DNA from: Hydrurus foetidus
Taxonomy: Eukaryota
Length of the DNA stretch: 64,000 bases
Assembly: GCA_900617105.1 (NCBI GenBank)
Contig: UYFQ01000001.1
Span: 1,054,001 to 1,118,000, forward strand
Direction of reading: 5' to 3'
In this document: in pieces, positions 19,580 to 29,608 of the stretch
Position numbering within the stretch: position 1 is the stretch's first letter
Layout: every line of letters begins with the position of its first letter
The notes under the pieces: generated by a model
Databases searched by the model: none
What the model was told of the DNA's origin: nothing
The model's input: the letters and a program-made list of their open reading frames with translations, nothing else
Position numbers and translations under genes: made by a program

Positions 19580-19687
19580 CAGGTAAACCCTTTATTTGCA
19601 TACCTTTGTATCGGCTATGTTAATTTGTTATACCAGCTAGTGTGATTGGTGTGCTTGTTTTTACACAGTGCTTTCTACAATTTGCGC

Positions 19688-20452
19688 ATGAACAACACGC
19701 CTGCTCACGCCCCATCTGCCTCTGTTATCACCGCCCCCGTTAAGGGTATTTCGTCCATGGCCACGCGCCAGATACTGGCCGAGTTGTGCGAGCAGTACCA
19801 GCGCCAAACCGGCGTGGTGGTGGCGATTGAATCGGTGGGGGGTGTGGATGCCGCCGGGCGGGTTGCCGCGGGTGAGTCGTTTGATCTGGTGGTACTGGCC
19901 TCGGATGCCATTGACCGCTTGATCGCAGCGGGCCACATCCGTGCAGGCACCCGTTGTGATTTGTTCAGTTCAGGCGTGGCCGTAGCGGTGCGTGCGGGCC
20001 AGCCCTTGCCCGATATTTCAACTGAAGACGCGCTCAAGCGCAGCGTGCTTGCTGCCAAAAGCATCAGTTACTCCACCGGCCCCAGTGGCGTGGCCTTGGC
20101 CCAATTGTTTGAGCGATGGGGCATTGCTGACGTGCTGAGCCGCCGCACGGTGCAAGCCCCACCCGGTGTGCCTGTTGGCAGCTTGGTCGCAGCCGGACAG
20201 GTTGACCTGGGGTTTCAGCAGCTGAGTGAGCTGCTGCATGTAGACGGCATCGCCCTTGTTGGCCCCTTGCCTGCGGCGGTGCAAATCACCACGGTTTTTT
20301 CAGCAGGGCTGCCTACCGCCTCAGCCTGTGTATCTGATTCCGTATCTGCCAGCGATTCCCCCCAGGCCGCGCAAGTGCGGGGTCTGCTGAGTTTCATGAC
20401 CTCTGCATCCGCAGTGGCCACCATTGAACGCCAAGGCATGGCTGCGGCCTGA
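19688..20452 (+). CDS. ModA-like substrate-binding-fold protein without signal peptide
   Basis: GESFDLVVLA, ISYSTGPSG, GFQQLSEL, VGPLP..VQITTVFSAG motifs; no hydrophobic N-terminus. Confidence 0.75.
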   Translation: MNNTPAHAPSASVITAPVKGISSMATRQILAELCEQYQRQTGVVVAIESVGGVDAAGRVAAGESFDLVVLASDAIDRLIAAGHIRAGTRCDLFSSGVAVAVRAGQPLPDISTEDALKRSVLAAKSISYSTGPSGVALAQLFERWGIADVLSRRTVQAPPGVPVGSLVAAGQVDLGFQQLSELLHVDGIALVGPLPAAVQITTVFSAGLPTASACVSDSVSASDSPQAAQVRGLLSFMTSASAVATIERQGMAAA

Positions 20453-20503
20453 GCGCACAGCCTGCTCAAAACTTTTTAAGACCTTTCACAGGAGACACGG
20501 AGC

Positions 20504-21544
20504 ATGACGAAACCCCTCATCATCGACTGCCACGGCCACTACACCACGGCCCCTAAATCGCTGGAAAACTGGCGCAACCAGCAAATCGCGGGCATCAAAG
20601 ACCCGGCGATGATGCCCAAAGTAGCTGATCTCAAAATCAGTGACGACGAGCTGATCGAAACCATCGAGTCCAACCAGCTGCGTCTGATGCGCGAGCGTGG
20701 GAGCGATCTGACCATCTTTTCGCCCCGTGCCAGCTTCATGGCCCACCACATTGGTGACTTTCAGGTGTCCAGCACCTGGGCGGCGATTTGCAACGAGCTG
20801 TGCTACCGCGTGGCGCAGTTGTTCCCCGACAACTTCATCCCCGCCGCCATGCTGCCCCAGTCGCCCGGTGTGGACCCTGCAAGCTGCATCCCTGAGCTGG
20901 AAAAGTGCGTCAAGGAATACGGCAACGTTGGCATCAACCTGAACCCTGATCCGTCCGGTGGCCACTGGACTTCGCCCCCGCTGTCCGACAAGTCGTGGTT
21001 CCCGATTTACGAGAAGATGGTGGAATACGACATCCCCGCGATGATCCACGTCAGCACCAGCTGCAACGCCTGCTTCCACACCACCGGCGCCCACTACCTG
21101 AACGCTGACACCACGGCCTTCATGCAGTGCCTGACCAGCGATTTGTTCAAAGAATTCCCCACGTTGCGCTTTTTGATTCCCCACGGCGGCGGCGCGGTGC
21201 CTTACCACTGGGGCCGTTTCCGGGGCTTGGCGCAAGAACTGAAAAAGCCGCTGCTGGAAGAGCACCTGCTGAACAACATCTTCTTTGACACCTGCGTTTA
21301 CCACCAGCCCGGCATTGACCTGCTCAACACCGTGATTCCGGTGAAAAACGTGCTGTTCGCCTCCGAGATGATCGGTGCCGTGCGGGGTATTGACCCTCAA
21401 ACCGGCAATTACTACGACGATACCAAGCGCTATATCGAAGCGTCCAAAATTTTGAGCGATGACGACCGTTTCCAAATTTACGAAGGCAACGCCCGCCGCG
21501 TCTTCCCGCGTTTGGATGCGGCATTGAAGGCGAAAGGCCAGTAA
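20504..21544 (+). CDS. ligJ: 4-oxalomesaconate hydratase
   Basis: [55 protein letters not shown]. Confidence 0.93.
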   Translation: MTKPLIIDCHGHYTTAPKSLENWRNQQIAGIKDPAMMPKVADLKISDDELIETIESNQLRLMRERGSDLTIFSPRASFMAHHIGDFQVSSTWAAICNELCYRVAQLFPDNFIPAAMLPQSPGVDPASCIPELEKCVKEYGNVGINLNPDPSGGHWTSPPLSDKSWFPIYEKMVEYDIPAMIHVSTSCNACFHTTGAHYLNADTTAFMQCLTSDLFKEFPTLRFLIPHGGGAVPYHWGRFRGLAQELKKPLLEEHLLNNIFFDTCVYHQPGIDLLNTVIPVKNVLFASEMIGAVRGIDPQTGNYYDDTKRYIEASKILSDDDRFQIYEGNARRVFPRLDAALKAKGQ

Positions 21545-21564
21545 AGGCCGTGTTTTTTCTTACT

Positions 21565-21664
21565 CCCTCGCCCGCTTGCGGGAGAGGGCAGGGGTGAGGG
21601 GCATTCGCTCCCGCTCCTGGTTTGCAGACCCTCACCCTAACCCTCTCCCGCAAGCAGGCGAGGG
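21565..21664. repeat. REP-like long inverted repeat (36-bp arms, 28-bp loop)
   Basis: 21565-21600 and 21629-21664 are reverse complements with 4 mismatches (CCCTCACCC/CCCTCTCCC type). Confidence 0.85.
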
Positions 21665-21692
21665 GATAAGAAAGCGATTTATGGACTTATCT

Positions 21693-22376
21693 ATGAACCA
21701 ACTCGGCATCGTCAAACGCAACATCACCCGTGCTGACAAAGCCGCTGTAGAGCGCCTCTCCAAACTCGGTGTCGCCACCATCCACGAGGCGATGGGCCGC
21801 GTTGGTCTGATGAAGCCTTACATGCGCCCCATTTACAAGGGCGCCAAAATCTGCGGCACCGCCGTCACCATCCTGCTGCAACCCGGTGACAACTGGATGA
21901 TGCACGTCGCCGCTGAGCAATTGCAACCCGGTGACGTGGCGGTTGCCGCCTGCACCACCGACAACGAAGACGGTTTCTTTGGCGACTTGCTCGCCACGAG
22001 CTTCCAGGCACGCGGTGCCAAGGGCCTCATCATCGACGGCGGTGTGCGCGATGTGGCTGATCTGGAGCAGATGGGTTTCCCTGTGTTCAGCAAGGCCATT
22101 CACGCTAAGGGCACCATCAAAGCCACGCTCGGTTCAGTCAACATCCCCATCGTTTGCGCCGGTGCGGTCGTCAACCCTGGTGACGTGGTGGTGGCCGATG
22201 TGGACGGCGTGGTCGTTGTGCCTGCAGCCATTGCCGCCCAAGTGGCCGATGCTGCCGAAAAGCGTGAAAGCTTTGAAGGCGAAAAGCGCGCCAAACTGGC
22301 TGCTGGCGTGCTGGGGCTGGACATGTACAAGATGCGCGAGCCGCTTGAAAAAGCCGGTTTACGCTACATAGACTGA
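21693..22376 (+). CDS. ligK: 4-carboxy-4-hydroxy-2-oxoadipate aldolase / oxaloacetate decarboxylase
   Basis: RraA-like; [46 protein letters not shown]; alternative start 21681. Confidence 0.93.
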   Translation: MNQLGIVKRNITRADKAAVERLSKLGVATIHEAMGRVGLMKPYMRPIYKGAKICGTAVTILLQPGDNWMMHVAAEQLQPGDVAVAACTTDNEDGFFGDLLATSFQARGAKGLIIDGGVRDVADLEQMGFPVFSKAIHAKGTIKATLGSVNIPIVCAGAVVNPGDVVVADVDGVVVVPAAIAAQVADAAEKRESFEGEKRAKLAAGVLGLDMYKMREPLEKAGLRYID

Positions 22377-22474
22377 TTCATCACCGGATGATGATCGGAT
22401 GATAGACAGGCCGATGAAGCGGTGGATGACACTGCTGACAAAGCTGCTAACTTTTAACCCCAACGGAGACAACC

Positions 22475-23467
22475 ATGACTGTAACTATCGCTAAACGCCC
22501 CCTGCTTGCCCTGGCCGTAGCGGCCCTTGGCTTGAGCGCCTTCGCTCAAGCTACCCACGCCCAAGAGTGGCCCACCAAGCCGGTGCGCATCATCACGCCG
22601 TTCCCCGTGGGCGGTGGGCCAGACGGCGTGGCACGCTTGGTGGCTGACAAGCTGTCGCGCCTATGGGGCAAGTCGGTGATTGTGGAAAACAAGCCCGGTG
22701 GCAATGGTTTTATCGCTATTGACACCTTCAAACGCGGTGCCACTGATGGCCATGACCTGATTCAGCTCGACAGCGTGCATCTTTCTGCCTACCCGCATCT
22801 GTTCAAAAAGCTGCCTTATGACCCCAAGGGCGACTTTGAGCCGCTGTTGCCGCTGTTTAAAACCTACTTTTTCTTTGCCGTGCCGACAGACAGCAAATAC
22901 AAAACAGTGGGTGACATCATTGCGGATGCCAAGGCCAACCCCGGCCGGTTGAACTACGGTTCGTGGTCGGTGGGCAACCCGGTTCATTTGGGCTCAGCAC
23001 TGTTTGAATCGGTCACGGGCACTGAGATGCAGCATGTGGTCTACAAAGAAACCACCATGCTCTACACGGGTGTCGCGAACGGCGAACTCGCGTTTGCCTT
23101 GGGCACCAACGCCACCGCTGGCGCCATGTACCGGGCCGGCAAGGTTCGCTATGTGGGTGTCGCCGCCCCCAAGCGCGTGGTGGGCTTCCCCAATGTGCCT
23201 ACCGTGGGCGAATCTGGTGGCCCTGTGGGCTTTGAGGTGAGCGGTTGGACCGCCATTGCGGCACCCAAGGGCTTGCCTAAAGCGTTGACGGACAAGATTC
23301 AGCACGATATCGAAAAGGCACTGGCTGAGCCGGATGTGAAAGAGAAGTTCGCCACCTTCGCCTATGAGCCTTTCCCGCAAACCCGCGATCAGTTCAACGC
23401 TTACATCCAAACCGAGTCAGCTCGCTTTGCCGATGTGGTGAAGAAGGCCAAAGCTTCGCTGGATTGA
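22475..23467 (+). CDS. Bug/TctC substrate-binding protein
   Basis: Signal peptide, WPTKPVRIITPFPVGGGPD, ENKPGG. Confidence 0.9.
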   Translation: MTVTIAKRPLLALAVAALGLSAFAQATHAQEWPTKPVRIITPFPVGGGPDGVARLVADKLSRLWGKSVIVENKPGGNGFIAIDTFKRGATDGHDLIQLDSVHLSAYPHLFKKLPYDPKGDFEPLLPLFKTYFFFAVPTDSKYKTVGDIIADAKANPGRLNYGSWSVGNPVHLGSALFESVTGTEMQHVVYKETTMLYTGVANGELAFALGTNATAGAMYRAGKVRYVGVAAPKRVVGFPNVPTVGESGGPVGFEVSGWTAIAAPKGLPKALTDKIQHDIEKALAEPDVKEKFATFAYEPFPQTRDQFNAYIQTESARFADVVKKAKASLD

Positions 23468-23553
23468 GCATGGTTGTGTCGGGTTACGCGCTTTGCGTTA
23501 ACCCGATAAAGACTCCTAAATCAATAGCTGTTACCGCATATTTCATAAGCACT

Positions 23554-24465
23554 ATGAGCACATCTTTCACCAAAACACCCGGTTGGTTTGACTGGTACAA
23601 CGGCCCCGCCAAACCCCGCTTCACCGTGCCCGCAGGTGCGGTGGATGCGCACTGCCATGTCTTCGGCCCCGGTGCTGAATTTCCCTTCGCCCCTGAGCGC
23701 AAATACACGCCCTGCGATGCGTCCAAAGCCCAGCTGTTCGCCCTGCGCGATCACCTCGGGTTTGATAAAAATGTGATCGTGCAAGCCACTTGCCATGGGG
23801 CCGACAACAGTGCGCTGGTCGATGCCCTCAAAGCCTCGAACGGCAAAGCCAAAGGGGTCGCCACCGTCAAGCGGAGCATCAGCGATGCCGAGTTGCAAGA
23901 CTTGCACGATGCGGGTGTGCGTGGCGTGCGCTTCAATTTCGTCAAACGGCTGGTCGATTTCACACCCAAAGACGAACTGCTTGAAATCGCCAACCGCATC
24001 AAGCCGCTGGGTTGGCATGTGGTGATTTACTTTGAAGCGGTGGATTTGCCTGAGCTGTGGGATTTCTTCACTGCACTGCCCACCACGGTGGTGGTTGACC
24101 ACATGGGCCGCCCCGATGTGAGCAAGCCTGTGGACGGCCCCGAGTTCGCGTTGTTCGAAAAATTCATGCGCGAACACACCAACGTCTGGAGCAAAGTCAG
24201 TTGCCCTGAGCGCTTGTCTGTCACCGGCCCCAAGGCTTTGAATGGTGAACAGAATGCCTACCAAGACGTGATCCCCTTTGCCAAACGCATTGTCGAGCAG
24301 TTCCCTGACCGCGTGCTGTGGGGCACCGACTGGCCACACCCGAATTTGAAAGACCATATGCCTGATGACGGCCTGCTGGTGGATTTCATCCCGCACATTG
24401 CGATAACGAGGGAGCTGCAACAAAAGCTGCTGGTGGACAACCCGACGCGCTTGTATTGGGCTTGA
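23554..24465 (+). CDS. ligI: 2-pyrone-4,6-dicarboxylate hydrolase
   Basis: DAHCHVFGP, VQATCHGADN, RGVRFNFVKRLVD, DHMGRP, WGTDWPHPN. Confidence 0.93.
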   Translation: MSTSFTKTPGWFDWYNGPAKPRFTVPAGAVDAHCHVFGPGAEFPFAPERKYTPCDASKAQLFALRDHLGFDKNVIVQATCHGADNSALVDALKASNGKAKGVATVKRSISDAELQDLHDAGVRGVRFNFVKRLVDFTPKDELLEIANRIKPLGWHVVIYFEAVDLPELWDFFTALPTTVVVDHMGRPDVSKPVDGPEFALFEKFMREHTNVWSKVSCPERLSVTGPKALNGEQNAYQDVIPFAKRIVEQFPDRVLWGTDWPHPNLKDHMPDDGLLVDFIPHIAITRELQQKLLVDNPTRLYWA

Positions 24466-24479
24466 TAGGCATTTAAATC

Positions 24480-24518
24480 AGGACTTACGCAACTTCCGGG
24501 GAAGTTTGCGTAAGTCCT
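24480..24518. repeat. Intergenic hairpin AGGACTTACGCAA...TTGCGTAAGTCCT
   Basis: 13-bp perfect arms plus an inner cttc/gaag stem, between ligI and the esterase gene. Confidence 0.8.
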
Positions 24519-24546
24519 ACAAATTTCTAACCAACAAGAGATAGCT

Positions 24547-26244
24547 ATGGCATTGAAAACAACCGGGATCGTCGCGAGTGCTACGTTTTTAGTAGCGTGC
24601 GGTACATTAAAAATAAGCACTACAGAGGTTTTAAGCCTCGGAAATCTTGAAAAAGACTCCGCCACGGCCTGTGGCGCGTTGGTCAAAGTGGTGGATGCCT
24701 CCGCTATTGGCCTGCCCACACGCGGTGCCGCCATCGACTCGGCCACGCTGATACCCGCCACCCCCATCAGCGTGGCCCCCGGTGGCCCAACCCCTGCGAG
24801 CCGCGTTAACCCGGAGACCCCAGCGTTTTGCAAGGTCTTGGGTCGAGTGACTCCAGTCGATGCCAACGCACCGCCCATCTTGTTTCAAATCAACCTGCCG
24901 CAGACCTGGAATGGCCGCACGGTACAGTTTGGTGGTGGCGGGTTCAATGGCAGCGTCATTTCCGCGACAGGGCTGGTGCCGGGCGGACGCTGGGATCAAC
25001 CTTCGCCCCTGGCCCAGGGCTTTGTGACCTACGGCACCGATTCAGGCCACCAAAACAAGCCTGACGTGGCTCCGCAAGCTTTTGCCGCCAACGCTGAAGC
25101 GCTGGAAAACTTCGCCCACGCATCGTACAAAAAAGTGCGTGATGTGGCCGTCGCCCTGACCCGGCGGGCATATGGCAAAGCGCCTACCAAGCTGTATTTC
25201 ATGGGCAGTTCCGAGGGCGGGCGTGAGGCGTTGACGATGGCGCAGCGCTACCCGAATGACTTTGACGGCATCTTCAGCCGCGTCCCGGTCATCAACTGGA
25301 CGGGCTTGCAACACGCGGGCACCCGCTCTGGCGTGACCACCCAAGGGGCTGCGTGGTTAGCCCGTCCGCAGGTGGAACTGGTTCACAACGCGGTGCTAGC
25401 AGCATGTGACGAGTTAGACGGTTTGAAAGATGGCTTGGTTGCTAACCCAGTGGCCTGCAAGCAAAAGTTTGACGTGACGCGGTTGCAATGCGGCGTGGCC
25501 CCGGCTAACGCTTGTCTGTCCGAGCCTCAAGTCAAGGCGGTGCAGTCGCTGCATTCGACCTATACCTTCCCATTCCGGCTCGCTAACGGCGTTACCAGCT
25601 ACCCTGGTTACGGCGTGTCAGGGGAGGGTGTGCCCGCTGCGGGACCGACAGGCGGCTGGAGCGCTTGGTACACGGGCAACAGCGCCCCGACGCAGCCCGC
25701 CAAGCCGGACAACGGCATCACCTGGTTATATGGCAGCGGAGCGATGCGGCATTTTTACATGCAAGACGGCAACGCGGACATCCTCAGTTACAAGCCTGAA
25801 AACCACATTGCCAGAATCCAGGCCGTGTCCGCGCTGATGGACTCGACCAACCCGGATTTGAGTGCCTTCAAAGCCCACGGCGGACGGCTGGTGGTGTTGG
25901 AGTACATGGCGGACTACGCGCAAAGCCCGTATGCCGGCATCGCGTACTACGAATCGGTGGTGCAGCGCATGGGCGCTGAGGCGACAGGCCAGTTCATGCG
26001 GCTCTACACCGCCCCCGGCGTTGACCACGTGGGCAGCGGTGCGCCCAGCAATGTGGATGCGTTGTCGGTGCTGGTCAACTGGGTTGAACGCGGCGAGGCA
26101 CCGGGTAAGTTGACGGTGGTGGCGCAAGACCTGGAAACCCCGTTCGCCACGCTGCGTGAACTCCCGCTGTGCGAATGGCCCACATGGCCGAAATTTCGCG
26201 CTGGTGATACCAACGTAGCCACTTCCTTTGAATGCACCCGCTGA
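24547..26244 (+). CDS. Tannase/feruloyl esterase/MHETase-family alpha/beta hydrolase, probable lipoprotein
   Basis: Lipobox LVAC; LPQTWNGR..QFGGGGFNG, GTDSGH, GSSEGGRE, AQRYPNDFDG, CDELDGLKDG, PDLSAFKAHGG, APGVDH, PLCEWP. Confidence 0.88.
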   Translation: MALKTTGIVASATFLVACGTLKISTTEVLSLGNLEKDSATACGALVKVVDASAIGLPTRGAAIDSATLIPATPISVAPGGPTPASRVNPETPAFCKVLGRVTPVDANAPPILFQINLPQTWNGRTVQFGGGGFNGSVISATGLVPGGRWDQPSPLAQGFVTYGTDSGHQNKPDVAPQAFAANAEALENFAHASYKKVRDVAVALTRRAYGKAPTKLYFMGSSEGGREALTMAQRYPNDFDGIFSRVPVINWTGLQHAGTRSGVTTQGAAWLARPQVELVHNAVLAACDELDGLKDGLVANPVACKQKFDVTRLQCGVAPANACLSEPQVKAVQSLHSTYTFPFRLANGVTSYPGYGVSGEGVPAAGPTGGWSAWYTGNSAPTQPAKPDNGITWLYGSGAMRHFYMQDGNADILSYKPENHIARIQAVSALMDSTNPDLSAFKAHGGRLVVLEYMADYAQSPYAGIAYYESVVQRMGAEATGQFMRLYTAPGVDHVGSGAPSNVDALSVLVNWVERGEAPGKLTVVAQDLETPFATLRELPLCEWPTWPKFRAGDTNVATSFECTR

Positions 26245-26291
26245 TTTAAAAGCATAAAAAGCAACTGGAAAAACTGACTGGACTACACCCT

Positions 26292-27606
<1,315 letters not shown>

Positions 27607-27615
27607 AAGATACCC

Positions 27616-28593
27616 ATGAGCACCCCCCCCCAGACCTCAAAAACCATCAAAGTCGCCCTGGCTGGTGCAGGTGCCTTTGGCGTCAAGCATTTAGACGGCA
27701 TCCAAAACATTGACGGCGTAGAAGTCATCTCCCTCATCAGCCGCGATTTGGAGAAAACCCAAGAAGTCGCGACGAAATACGGCATTGGCCACGTCACCAC
27801 CGACTTGGCCGACAGCTTGGCGCTGAAAGACCTTGATGCGGTCATCCTCTGTACCCCCACCCAAATGCACGCCGAGCAAACCATAGCTTGCCTGAAGGCG
27901 GGCAAGCATGTGCAGGTAGAAATCCCCTTGGCCGACAGCCTGAAAGGTGCAGCTGAGGTTTTGGCCCAGCAAAAATCCAGTGGGCTGGTGGCGATGTGCG
28001 GCCACACCCGCCGCTTTAACCCTAGCCACCAGTACGTCCACAACCAAGTCACAGCGGGTAAGTTCAACGTGCTGCAAATGGACGTGCAAACCTACTTTTT
28101 CCGCCGTACCAACACCAACGCATTAGGCCAAGCCCGCAGTTGGACGGATCACCTGCTGTGGCACCACGCAGCGCACACGGTGGATTTGTTTGCCTACCAG
28201 TGCGGCAGCCCCATCGTGCAAGCGAACGCCGTGCAAGGGCCTATTCACCCAGTGCTGGGTATCGCGATGGACATGAGCATCCAACTGAAAGCCGCAAACG
28301 GCGCGATCTGCACGCTGAGCCTGAGCTTCAATAATGACGGCCCTTTAGGCACCTACTTCCGCTACATCGGCGACACCGCGACTTACCTCGCTCGCTATGA
28401 CGACCTGTACACGGGCAAAGATGAAAAAATCGATGTGAGCACTGTGGCTGTCAGCATGAACGGCATCGAGCTGCAAGACCGCGAATTCTTCGCCGCCATC
28501 CGAGAAGGCCGCGAGCCGAATTCGAGCGTGGCGCAGGTGTACAACTGCTATCAGGTGCTACATAATTTGGAGCAACAGTTGAATGCTGGGTAA
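27616..28593 (+). CDS. ligC: 4-carboxy-2-hydroxymuconate-6-semialdehyde dehydrogenase (Gfo/Idh/MocA family)
   Basis: GAGAFG, GKHVQVEIP, GHTRRFNPSHQ, RSWTDHLLWHH. Confidence 0.92.
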   Translation: MSTPPQTSKTIKVALAGAGAFGVKHLDGIQNIDGVEVISLISRDLEKTQEVATKYGIGHVTTDLADSLALKDLDAVILCTPTQMHAEQTIACLKAGKHVQVEIPLADSLKGAAEVLAQQKSSGLVAMCGHTRRFNPSHQYVHNQVTAGKFNVLQMDVQTYFFRRTNTNALGQARSWTDHLLWHHAAHTVDLFAYQCGSPIVQANAVQGPIHPVLGIAMDMSIQLKAANGAICTLSLSFNNDGPLGTYFRYIGDTATYLARYDDLYTGKDEKIDVSTVAVSMNGIELQDREFFAAIREGREPNSSVAQVYNCYQVLHNLEQQLNAG

Positions 28594-28600
28594 GCGATAT

Positions 28601-29608
28601 ATGCCACACCGCCCCATCGGCCCCTTCCCGCTCAGCCCCATCGGCCTGGGCTGCATGAACCTCAGCCATGCCTACGGCGTGCCACCTTCTGCTGATGAAG
28701 CAGAGCGGCTGCTGCTGACGGCTTTAGACCAAGGTGTCACCTTGTTCGATACCGCTGCGCTTTATGGTTTTGGGGCTAATGAAACGCTGGTGGGGCGCAT
28801 TCTGAAACCCCACCGTTCATGTATCACGCTGTGCAGCAAGGGCGGTATGGCCGGGGTGCAGTTTGACGATGGTGTGCGGCGCGTGATTGATGGCCGACCC
28901 GAGGCGATTCGGCGTAATTGCGAAGACAGCTTGCGTCGCCTGGGCACGGACGTGATTGACCTGTACTACCTGCACCGCTGGGACAAAGCCGTGCCCATCG
29001 AAGACAGCGTGGGCGCGATGGCTGATTTGGTGCGGCGCGGCCATGTTCGTACTTTAGGGCTGTCCGAAGTGTCCGCCCCCACGCTGCGGCGGGCCCATGC
29101 GGTTCACCCCATCAGTGCCGTGCAAACCGAGTATTCCCTGTGGACGCGAAACCCTGAAATCGCGGTGTTGCAAGCCTGCCAAGACATTGGCGCTGCTTTC
29201 GTTGCCTTCAGCCCCGTCGGCCGCGCTTTTTTGACGGGCAAGTTGACCGATGTGTCGGCCTTGGGTGCCAAAGATATTCGGGCCAGCATGCCCCGGTTCA
29301 CGGCTGACAACTACGCCGCTAACTTGAAGCTGCTGCCCGGCTACCAGCGTATCGCCGATGAGGTGGGCTGTACCCCTGCGCAGCTTGCTTTGGCTTGGTT
29401 GCTGCACAAAGCGCCGCACATCATTCCCATCCCTGGCACGACCAGCGTGGCGCATTTGACTGAAAACCTGGCTGCGCTGCGTGTCAAGCTGATCCCTGAG
29501 GTGATGGCGCGGGTAGAGTTACAGATCAACCAGCGCACAGTGGTCGGGCAGCGCTACAGCCCGCAAGGCACGGGTGAGGTAGACACCGAGATTTTTGTCA
29601 CACCTTGA
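28601..29608 (+). CDS. Aldo/keto reductase
   Basis: IGLGCM, FDTAALYG, DSLRRLGTDVIDLYYLHR, GLSEV, QTEYSLW, PIPGT. Confidence 0.9.
   Translation: MPHRPIGPFPLSPIGLGCMNLSHAYGVPPSADEAERLLLTALDQGVTLFDTAALYGFGANETLVGRILKPHRSCITLCSKGGMAGVQFDDGVRRVIDGRPEAIRRNCEDSLRRLGTDVIDLYYLHRWDKAVPIEDSVGAMADLVRRGHVRTLGLSEVSAPTLRRAHAVHPISAVQTEYSLWTRNPEIAVLQACQDIGAAFVAFSPVGRAFLTGKLTDVSALGAKDIRASMPRFTADNYAANLKLLPGYQRIADEVGCTPAQLALAWLLHKAPHIIPIPGTTSVAHLTENLAALRVKLIPEVMARVELQINQRTVVGQRYSPQGTGEVDTEIFVTP

Noticed and set aside
22380..22450. Repeated GATGA words in the ligK-Bug intergenic region
   Set aside because: Irregular spacing and too short to support a defined element
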